DNA from: Alphaproteobacteria bacterium UBA2966
GTDB taxonomy: Bacteria > Pseudomonadota > Alphaproteobacteria > UBA2966
Direction of reading: 5' to 3'
Assembly (NCBI GenBank): GCA_002348365.1
Contig: DEBC01000130.1
Span: 106,281 to 162,943 of the forward strand
DNA length: 56,663 nucleotides
The notes beneath the pieces are model-generated. The model did no database searches, was not told where the DNA came from, and was given only the letters and a program-made list of their open reading frames with translations. The translations under genes and the position numbers were made by a program. Below, in pieces: positions 9,381 to 16,471 of this stretch (its first letter is position 1; every line of letters starts with the position of its first letter).

Positions 9381-10163
9381 ATGAAGCTTGAAGGCAAGGT
9401 CGCGATCGTAACCGGTGCCGGCCGGGGGATCGGGTTCGGATGCGCCAAGCGCATGGCCATGGAAGGCGCCAAGGTCGTTGTCGCCGAGGACGATGAGGAA
9501 CTGGGAAGTGCCGCGGAGAACGCATTGCGGGATAAGGGCGCAGACGTACGTTTTGTCGGGTGTGATGTAGGTGATCCTCAAGCAATTGCGGACATGATCT
9601 CCGAAACACTCGAGTCATTCGGCGCGATCGATATCTGTGTCAACAATGCCGGAATCAGTCGACGCAATCATTTTTTCGAGGTCTCTGAAGAGGAATTCGA
9701 CACCATCATGCGGGTCAACCTGAAAGGCGTATTCCTCGTAACGCAGGCGGTCGCGCGTGAGATGGTCCGTTCAGGTACGCAGGGCAGTATTATCAATATG
9801 GGTTCCATCGTCGGGACACTCTCTGTACCGCAACAGCCTGTTTACTGCGTCAGCAAACAGGGAGTTGTCGGTACGACCAAGGTTTTTGCCCTGGCCCTCG
9901 CGGACAAGGGAGTCCGGGTCAATGCGATCGGCCCTGGCACAATCCACACCGAAATGTCGGAAAAGGTTCATCAGCACACCGACGAGTGGCGGCGCCAGGT
10001 CATGTCCCGTACGCCCCTTGGGCGACTTGGAGAGCCTGATGATGTCGCACGAGTTGCGGTGTTCCTGGCCAGCGACGACTCTGCCTACATCACCGGTCAG
10101 ACAATTTATGTGGATGGCGGTCGTTTGCCGCTGAACCACGCCATCGCGGATGTGGCGCCATGA
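9381..10163 (+). CDS. SDR family NAD-dependent oxidoreductase (paralog 4 of 5)
   Basis: MKLEGKVAIVTGAGRGIG, NNAG, YCVSK, DGGRLPLNH. GAGG RBS precedes ATG 9381. Confidence 0.92.
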   Translation: MKLEGKVAIVTGAGRGIGFGCAKRMAMEGAKVVVAEDDEELGSAAENALRDKGADVRFVGCDVGDPQAIADMISETLESFGAIDICVNNAGISRRNHFFEVSEEEFDTIMRVNLKGVFLVTQAVAREMVRSGTQGSIINMGSIVGTLSVPQQPVYCVSKQGVVGTTKVFALALADKGVRVNAIGPGTIHTEMSEKVHQHTDEWRRQVMSRTPLGRLGEPDDVARVAVFLASDDSAYITGQTIYVDGGRLPLNHAIADVAP

Positions 10164-10978
10164 CGAAGACTCTGACCGACAAAATCGCTGTCGTTACAGG
10201 CGCGGGCCGCGGAATTGGCCTCGCCATTGCGCATAAGTTCGTCGAGGCGGGCGCCGCGGTTGTCGTGGCGGAAATCGACGAAATGCTGGGTGAACAGGCT
10301 GTTGAAGAGTTGATCGCGGATGGCGGACAAGCTGCGTTCGTTCCTTGTGATGTCAGTCGACCTGAACAGGCGAGCCGTCTGATCAGCGATACTGTCGTGA
10401 CTTACGGTCGGGTAGATATTTGTGTGAACAATGCCGGAATCAATTCGGTCGGAGATGTCCTGGACATATCGGAAGCTGATTTCGACCGGGTAATGGATGT
10501 CAACGTCAAAGGATCGTTCTTTGTCGCCCAGGCGGCGGCCAAGGAAATGGTCCGGGCGGGGACACAGGGATCAATCGTCAACCTCTCGTCCGTCGTGTCG
10601 ATCATTGCCGTGGCCAATCAGCCCGTTTACAGCATCTCGAAGGCCGCGATTAACGGATTCACCAAAATGATGGCCATGACTCTCGCGGAGAACGGTATCC
10701 GCGTGAACGCGGTAGGACCCGGCACCATCATGACCGAAATGGCGGACGGCGCGATGGATCTGACCGGTGATCCTGCCTCACACGCACGCATGATCTCGCG
10801 CACGCCTTTGGGTCGGTTTGGAGAACCCGGCGAGGTCGCAGAAGTTGTCCTGTTCTTGGCGAGTGATGCGTCGAGTTACATGACCGGCCAGATTGTGTAT
10901 CCCGATGGCGGAAGGCTCTCGCTGAACCATCTCATGCCCATGTCATGGGATCCTGTGAGCCAAGCTGACGAAAGCTAG
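10160..10978 (+). CDS. SDR family NAD-dependent oxidoreductase (paralog 5 of 5)
   Basis: TGAGRGIG, NNAG, YSISK, DGGRLSLNHLMP. ATGA overlap with SDR4. Confidence 0.92.
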   Translation: MTKTLTDKIAVVTGAGRGIGLAIAHKFVEAGAAVVVAEIDEMLGEQAVEELIADGGQAAFVPCDVSRPEQASRLISDTVVTYGRVDICVNNAGINSVGDVLDISEADFDRVMDVNVKGSFFVAQAAAKEMVRAGTQGSIVNLSSVVSIIAVANQPVYSISKAAINGFTKMMAMTLAENGIRVNAVGPGTIMTEMADGAMDLTGDPASHARMISRTPLGRFGEPGEVAEVVLFLASDASSYMTGQIVYPDGGRLSLNHLMPMSWDPVSQADES

Positions 10979-11016
10979 GGCGGATAGCGGCCCGTTCGGA
11001 TCGCGTACGAGCAGGG

Positions 11017-11904
11017 CTAAGTCCGACTTTCCTCTTCATCCTCGGCCACCTCCGCACCTTCACCGTCGGCTGCCGGTCCAGAATGCTCCGACGGCCGATC
11101 AGTTGTGCCGAATACGTCGGCGGTGGGCTCAGGTTCGGGAGCAGCCGGTGCGGGGGTCGAGCCGAAAACACTTTCGACGCTATGATCTGCTTCTTCCGCC
11201 GGTGCTTCTTTATCGACCTCCTGTGCGGAGGTTACGATTTCCAGCGGCTCCTGCGGCGCGGCTTCGACCGGCGCTCTCTGCAGAATTGCGGTCTCTACCA
11301 CAGGTTCCTTTTCAGCTGTTGCCGCTGCCGTATCGCGATCGGATCGGGCGCGCTCACGCGCCTCCCTGCGCTCCCGCGACCTCAAACGCTTGTGTGCCTT
11401 GGTTACCGCCTCGTCCAATTCAACTTGGGAACACATTCCGAGAGATACCGGATCGATCGGTTTGAGGTTGGCCATATTCCAATGAGTGCGGTCGCGGACC
11501 GAATTGATGGTCGGTTTGGTGGTGCCCACAAGTCGAGATACCTGCGCGTCGGATAGTTCCGAATGATAGCGAAGCAGCCACATGATCGCGTTGGGTCGAT
11601 CCTGTCGTTTGGTCACTGGCGTGTACTTGGGCCCGCTGGTGCGTGCTTTCGGCCGCGGAATTTCAGATGCTGCCATGTTCAGCCGGGCTTTGGGATCCGC
11701 GACGCAGCGTTCGATTTCCTCGCGCGTCAGTTCGCCGTCAGGGACCGGATCACGACCCTGGATGCCGATAGCGACTTCGTCGTCCGCGATACCTTTCACC
11801 TCGAGCGGATGTAGACCGCAGAATTCTGCGATTTGATCGAACGTGAGCGACGTATTGTCGACCAGCCATACGGCGGTTGCTTTGGGCATCAACGGCAGCG
11901 GCAT
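11017..11904 (-). CDS. trcR: DUF1013 family RNA polymerase-associated cell-cycle regulator TrcR
   Basis: PLMPKATAVWLVDNTSLTFDQIAEFCGLHPLEVKGIAD, KYTPVTKRQDRPNAI and RTHWN...PIDPVSLG, followed by an acidic low-complexity tail. Confidence 0.88.
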   Translation of the reverse strand: MPLPLMPKATAVWLVDNTSLTFDQIAEFCGLHPLEVKGIADDEVAIGIQGRDPVPDGELTREEIERCVADPKARLNMAASEIPRPKARTSGPKYTPVTKRQDRPNAIMWLLRYHSELSDAQVSRLVGTTKPTINSVRDRTHWNMANLKPIDPVSLGMCSQVELDEAVTKAHKRLRSRERREARERARSDRDTAAATAEKEPVVETAILQRAPVEAAPQEPLEIVTSAQEVDKEAPAEEADHSVESVFGSTPAPAAPEPEPTADVFGTTDRPSEHSGPAADGEGAEVAEDEEESRT

Positions 11905-12131
11905 GTATTGGTTCCTTTCGCGGGTGGCCGCGGTAAATTTTCGGCACCATGTCCATTTTGGGCGTTCCGCACAAGCAAATTCGTGAGCATGCCAGCTCGA
12001 TTACTGTGGTCTTCGAATCGCTGGAAGGATTGAGGATTAACAGGTTAGCGGCACGCCTTAGGCCATTGTCTGAAACCTGTGCGCAATGGTAAACCGCCTA
12101 TAAGAGTTCGCTGCGGAGAGGGAACGGGATC

Positions 12132-12317
12132 ATGAGCACGGATGACCTCGATGGTTTCGCAATCAAGCAGCCGGAACCGATCAAGCTCGAGACCTTGGGA
12201 ATTGAGGAACTGGAAAACAGAATTTCCGAGCTCGAGGACGAGATCGCCCGTATCCGGGAAGTGATCGACTCCAAGAAGGCGGTTCGCGGCGACGCGGAGT
12301 CTCTCTTCAAGAAATAG
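12132..12317 (+). CDS. DUF1192 family small protein
   Basis: LETLGIEELENRISELEDEIARI...AESLFKK. GAGAGGGA RBS. Confidence 0.85.
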   Translation: MSTDDLDGFAIKQPEPIKLETLGIEELENRISELEDEIARIREVIDSKKAVRGDAESLFKK

Positions 12318-12443
12318 AGTCGCTACGGCCCATGTGACTCTTTGGGCTATCAACGCTTTGTTAACGCTTCCGGCATACGGTCCACGCGTACCTTACGTGC
12401 GCTCGCGTGCCGCGGGTACGTTCTATTCGATCATGCCTTCCTT

Positions 12444-12476
12444 ATGAGCCGCCGAAATTCGGCGGCTCATTTTTTT
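12444..12476 (+). terminator. Rho-independent terminator
   Basis: Perfect stem ATGAGCCGCCG / CGGCGGCTCAT followed by TTTTTT. Confidence 0.85.
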
Positions 12477-12560
12477 GTCATTGCTCGCATTGCGCCAGGC
12501 CAATATCTGGACGCTTTCCAGAGGGGTGTATACGTTACGCTAAGCAACAGAGTGGGGCGA

Positions 12561-13853
12561 ATGGCAAAACCGAACTCTCCAAGATTTGACACGCTGAGCC
12601 TTCATGCTGGTCAACATCCGGATCCAGTGACCGGAGCGCGTGCGGTTCCTGTGTATCAAACGACGTCTTACGTATTTCAAGACGTCGATCATGCAGCTTC
12701 TCTGTTCAATCTGGAACGCGCGGGTCACATCTATTCGCGAATTTCGAACCCGACCACTTCGGTCCTGGAAGAGCGTATTTCCAGCCTCGAAGGTGGTGTT
12801 GGTGCCGTATGCACGGCCAGCGGCCAGGCAGCGCTGCATCTGGCTGTCGCCACCATCCTTGATGCCGGTCATCACATCGTGTCGTCCGGATCGATCTATG
12901 GCGGCTCACACAACATGTTCACCCATACACTCCCGCGGTTCGGGATCGAAACCACCTTTGTGGACCCGCGCGATCCCAAGGCATTCAAAGACGCGATTCG
13001 ACCCGAAACAAGATTGTTGTTCGGGGAGACGTTGGGAAACCCTGGGCTGGAAATCCTCGATATCCCCGCAGTCTCTGAGATTGCGCACGATGCGGGGCTG
13101 CCCTTGTTGGTCGATTCCACCTTTGCGACTCCCTATCTCTATCGCCCTTTCGAATGGGGGGCCGATCTGGTCATGCATTCGGCGACAAAGTTCCTGGGTG
13201 GCCATGGTGTGGCCATTGGTGGTGTTGTGGTTGACGGTGGGACATTCGATTGGGAGGCCTCCGGAAAATTCCCCACGCTTACGGAGCCATATGCCGGATA
13301 TCACGGTCTCGATTTTGTTGAAGAGTTCGGCCCCCAAGCTTTCGTCATGCGGGCGCGATCTGAAGGGCTGCGGGATTTTGGTGCCTGCCTCAGCCCGGCA
13401 AACGCGTTCTATGTCCTGCAGGGCGTTGAGACGCTTCCATTGCGGATGGCTCGGCATGTCGATAATGCCCGGAAACTGGTGACCTTCCTCGATGAGCACG
13501 AATCGGTCGCCTGGGTAAGCTATCCGGAGCTGCTGAGCCACCCCGACTACGAACTCGCCAAAGCACGCTTTCCCAAGGGATGCGGCGCCGTGTTTAGCTT
13601 CGGTATTGAGGGTGGCCGCGAGGCCGGGCGCAAGTTTATCGAGGCGTTGGACGTGTTCTCCCATTTGGCCAATCTGGGCGACGCGAAATCACTTGTGTTG
13701 CATCCGGCCACCACGACACATCAGCAGATGGACGCCGATGCCCTTGCCGCGGCGGGCATCTCCGAAGATCTCGTGCGCATCTCTGTGGGTTTGGAGGATC
13801 CACAGGACCTGATCGATGATCTCAACAGGGCACTGCGCGTCTCACAGCGATAA
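12561..13853 (+). CDS. metY: O-acetylhomoserine aminocarboxypropyltransferase (MetY/OAH sulfhydrylase family)
   Basis: [38 protein letters not shown]-Lys motif [31 protein letters not shown]. Confidence 0.88.
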   Translation: MAKPNSPRFDTLSLHAGQHPDPVTGARAVPVYQTTSYVFQDVDHAASLFNLERAGHIYSRISNPTTSVLEERISSLEGGVGAVCTASGQAALHLAVATILDAGHHIVSSGSIYGGSHNMFTHTLPRFGIETTFVDPRDPKAFKDAIRPETRLLFGETLGNPGLEILDIPAVSEIAHDAGLPLLVDSTFATPYLYRPFEWGADLVMHSATKFLGGHGVAIGGVVVDGGTFDWEASGKFPTLTEPYAGYHGLDFVEEFGPQAFVMRARSEGLRDFGACLSPANAFYVLQGVETLPLRMARHVDNARKLVTFLDEHESVAWVSYPELLSHPDYELAKARFPKGCGAVFSFGIEGGREAGRKFIEALDVFSHLANLGDAKSLVLHPATTTHQQMDADALAAAGISEDLVRISVGLEDPQDLIDDLNRALRVSQR

Positions 13854-13875
13854 ATCAGGATCGAGGGTTCGGATC

Positions 13876-14664
13876 GTGGAAGTACAAGTTGACGGGAAAC
13901 GCGCGTTTGCGACCACTGGCGGGCGTCCGTTCGATCCGGCGCGGTCCACCGCGATTTTGATACACGGCGCAGGCATGGATCATACGGTCTGGGTACTGCA
14001 GACGCGGTACATTGCCTACCATGGACGCAATGTTCTGGCAGTTGACCTGCCCGGGCACGGTCGCTCTGAAGGGCCCGCGCTAACCTCAATCGAAGAAATG
14101 GCGGATTGGGTGGGCCGGTTCCTGGAAGCGATGGATATCGAAGATGCGGCAGTGGTCGGGCACAGCATGGGGTCGCTCGTGGCCATTGAGTTGTCGGCCC
14201 GACTGCCCGATACCATCAGTTCGACTGTTCTTTTGTCGACGGCGATGCCGATGGTGGTGAGCGACGATCTGTTGGCCGCTGCCAAGGCCAATGATCACGA
14301 AGCCATCGACATGATTACTATCTGGGGACACGGACGGGGCGCCCAGCTTGGTGGTCACAAGGCTCCTGGGTTGTGGATGACCGGCGGCGCAGAACGATTG
14401 CTCGAACAAGCCGCTGAAAGTGTCCTATTCACGGATCTCAACGCCTGCAACACCTATCAAAACGGCTTGGAAGTGGCCTCGCGCATTCGCTGCCCGGTTC
14501 TCCTGATGGTGGGGAACGAGGATCGGATGACACCACCACGAGCGGCACGAGCCCTGGCTGATGCGATTCCGGACTGCACTACGGAGATCATCGGGGGGTG
14601 CGGTCACATGATGATGATCGAGAAGCCTGATCAGGTGCTCGATCACATACGGGACGCCTTCTGA
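13876..14664 (+). CDS. Alpha/beta fold hydrolase
   Basis: HGAGMD oxyanion motif, DLPGHGRS, nucleophile GHSMG, D in EDRMTP and H in CGHMMM. GTG start is inferred. Confidence 0.88.
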   Translation: MEVQVDGKRAFATTGGRPFDPARSTAILIHGAGMDHTVWVLQTRYIAYHGRNVLAVDLPGHGRSEGPALTSIEEMADWVGRFLEAMDIEDAAVVGHSMGSLVAIELSARLPDTISSTVLLSTAMPMVVSDDLLAAAKANDHEAIDMITIWGHGRGAQLGGHKAPGLWMTGGAERLLEQAAESVLFTDLNACNTYQNGLEVASRIRCPVLLMVGNEDRMTPPRAARALADAIPDCTTEIIGGCGHMMMIEKPDQVLDHIRDAF

Positions 14665-14672
14665 ATGGGATA

Positions 14673-14705
14673 CCGGCCCTGCAACGCTGCGTGCTGCAGG
14701 GCCGG
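14673..14705. terminator. GC-rich hairpin between convergent genes (probable terminator)
   Basis: 11-bp inverted repeat CCGGCCCTGCA / TGCAGGGCCGG with no strong U tract. Confidence 0.5.
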
Positions 14706-14727
14706 AACACAGACCACCGTGAAGGAG

Positions 14728-15216
14728 CTATCCCTTCTTGATTGAGACTTTCTTGACCTGATCCCTCGCAGCCTCGGATTTGGGCACCGTCACCGTCAGT
14801 ACTCCCTTATCAAAGACCGCTGTGACTTTTTCGATGTCAACTTCCTTTGGGAGGGCGAAGCTACGGTGAAACGAGCCATAGGCGCGTTCGCTGACGTGAA
14901 CGTCGGATTTTTTCTCTTCGTGCTCGAATTTCTTCTCGCCCTTCAAGGTCAGAGTGCCTTCCGATAGCGTCAGCTCGATCTCTTTCTCTTCAAGACCAGG
15001 TAGTTCCGCCCTGATCTCATAGGAATTTTCAGTCTCGCCGATATCGACCTTTGGGTGGAACGCGCTGGGTGAGAGGTCTCCCCCGCGAATGGGTTCAAGA
15101 TCGAAGCCTCGCCACATTCCGTCGAATAGCCTGTTGATTTCGCTCTGAAGGTCGGTGAATGGGCGATATTCCATTCCGCGCTGACGCCGCGGAGTAAGTG
15201 CGTTTCTCGTGAGCAT
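14728..15216 (-). CDS. Hsp20/alpha-crystallin small heat-shock protein (class B-like)
   Basis: LQSEINRLFD, PKVDIGETE, AELPGLEEKEI, ERAYGSFHRSFALP, FDKGVLTVTVPK. GAGGA RBS precedes ATG 15216. Confidence 0.92.
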   Translation of the reverse strand: MLTRNALTPRRQRGMEYRPFTDLQSEINRLFDGMWRGFDLEPIRGGDLSPSAFHPKVDIGETENSYEIRAELPGLEEKEIELTLSEGTLTLKGEKKFEHEEKKSDVHVSERAYGSFHRSFALPKEVDIEKVTAVFDKGVLTVTVPKSEAARDQVKKVSIKKG

Positions 15217-15278
15217 GGTTGCATTCCTCTTCGGTTCGTGAACGGCCGGCGGCCGATTCATCCGTTAATCTCGGGTTG

Positions 15279-15310
15279 GCTGCATTGCTGGACTCCGCCA
15301 GCAGTGCAGC
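15279..15310. terminator. 13-bp hairpin between the two hsp20 genes
   Basis: GCTGCATTGCTGG-actccg-CCAGCAGTGCAGC with one imperfect pair. It may stabilise or attenuate the transcript. Confidence 0.45.
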
Positions 15311-15324
15311 GATTACAGTGCTTG

Positions 15325-15786
15325 CTAAGCGGCTGCTTTACCTTCGAGGACCCGGCCGGCCTCGCCCGAAGCGATCTTGATGGTTCGAGGCTTTGCCTCT
15401 TCTGGCAGTTCTCGAGCGAGATCTACATGCAGAAGTCCGTTCTCGATCCTTGCGCCGGTCACGTTGACGTAATCCGCAAGTTCGAAGTTACGCTCAAACG
15501 CGCGACGAGCGATGCCCCGGTGAAGGTAGGTGGCATCCTTTGTCTTGTCGTCCGTAGCGCCTTTGATAACGAGGGAGTTCTGATTCTGGGTCACCGAAAG
15601 TTCCGATTCAGAAAACCCTGCAACAGCCATTGTGATTCGGTAGCCGTTGTCACCCGTCCTTTCAATGTCGTACGGGGGGTATGCGGGAGTATTGTCGTTG
15701 AGTCTGTTGGCCGATTCGAAGATGCGGTTGAAGCGGTCGAAGCCAACGGTAGAACGCAATAGTGGCGTGAGGTCGTAGGTACGCAT
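15325..15786 (-). CDS. ibpA: Small heat-shock protein IbpA-like (class A)
   Basis: MRTYDLTPLLRSTVGFDR, YPPYDIE, YRITMAVAGF, YLHRGIARRAFERNFELADYV, ENGLLHVDL, PEEAKPRTIKI. Confidence 0.93.
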   Translation of the reverse strand: MRTYDLTPLLRSTVGFDRFNRIFESANRLNDNTPAYPPYDIERTGDNGYRITMAVAGFSESELSVTQNQNSLVIKGATDDKTKDATYLHRGIARRAFERNFELADYVNVTGARIENGLLHVDLARELPEEAKPRTIKIASGEAGRVLEGKAAA

Positions 15787-15876
15787 AGTTCCATCCTCCT
15801 GGGAAGCAATGGATTGTATTGCCCGCCAATCGTGGCCGGGCGGCTCAGCCCCGAACCCATTATCTGGCATCCGGGA
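15787..15876 (-). promoter_or_regulatory. ROSE-type RNA thermometer in the ibpA 5' UTR
   Basis: mRNA UCCAUUGCUUC-CCA-GGAGGAUGGA-ACU-AUG: the UUGCU motif with a bulged G pairs with the SD. It is preceded by GC-rich hairpins. Confidence 0.85.
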
Positions 15877-15885
15877 TCACACTTC

Positions 15886-15913
15886 ATTTAGTCATGATTG
15901 AGCTCGATTCAAG
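15886..15913 (-). promoter_or_regulatory. Putative RpoH (sigma32) promoter of the hsp20 genes
   Basis: CTTG-N17-ACTAAAT (CTTGAA -35) on the minus strand directly upstream of the ROSE leader. Confidence 0.55.
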
Positions 15914-15980
15914 ACCTCTTGAGACATGGATATATCTCAAGTAAGGCGTTGCAATATGGTGATTATTCAGAGTTGCGCGC

Positions 15981-16011
15981 AAAAAAATAGCGCACCTGCA
16001 TGGTGCGCTAT
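15981..16011 (-). terminator. Rho-independent terminator of rpmE
   Basis: Stem ATAGCGCACC / GGTGCGCTAT followed on the minus strand by a T tract. Confidence 0.85.
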
Positions 16012-16036
16012 GGCCGGCCGGCCCGGGCTAATGTCT

Positions 16037-16264
16037 TTACGATTTCAGGCCGAAACCGCTGAAGCGCTTGTTGAACTTGGCGACTTGCCCACCAGTGTCC
16101 ACCAGGCGTCCAGCGCCACCGGTCCAGGCGGGATGTGACTTGGGGTCGATATCAAGGGTCAATGTGTCGCCCTCACTTCCCCAGGTCGAGCGTGTTTCGA
16201 ACGACGTCCCGTCGGTCATGACAACATTGATCGTGTGATAGTCGGGATGAATATCTTTTTTCAT
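16037..16264 (-). CDS. rpmE: 50S ribosomal protein L31 (Cys-free alphaproteobacterial type)
   Basis: [29 protein letters not shown]...[14 protein letters not shown]...[10 protein letters not shown]. Confidence 0.97.
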   Translation of the reverse strand: MKKDIHPDYHTINVVMTDGTSFETRSTWGSEGDTLTLDIDPKSHPAWTGGAGRLVDTGGQVAKFNKRFSGFGLKS

Positions 16265-16471
16265 CGCCTGGCTCCCGAGAAAGTTCGCCTGCAGTCAGGC
16301 GCCGGGTTATATCGCACAGAGATGCTCGGCCGCAAGCTGAATCCGGTCAGACACCACCCTTTCGGGGACACGGGAACATTGCGTGGGAGCATGGCTGATA
16401 TTAGGGTCTGCCCCGCTGAAGGCATGCAGACATACTCGGTTTAGATTGGCGGCAAGGCGCACAGTTCCCAA

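Noticed and set aside
5400-11016. Mobile element or genomic island boundaries around the SDR/Rieske block
   Set aside because: I saw no integrase, transposase, tRNA, flanking direct repeats or obvious compositional shift.
12318-12560. SAM riboswitch upstream of metY, and the 73-aa N-terminal extension of the 12342 ORF
   Set aside because: No SAM-II/SAM-SAH consensus is recognisable by eye. The extension crosses a terminator, and homology starts at ATG 12561.
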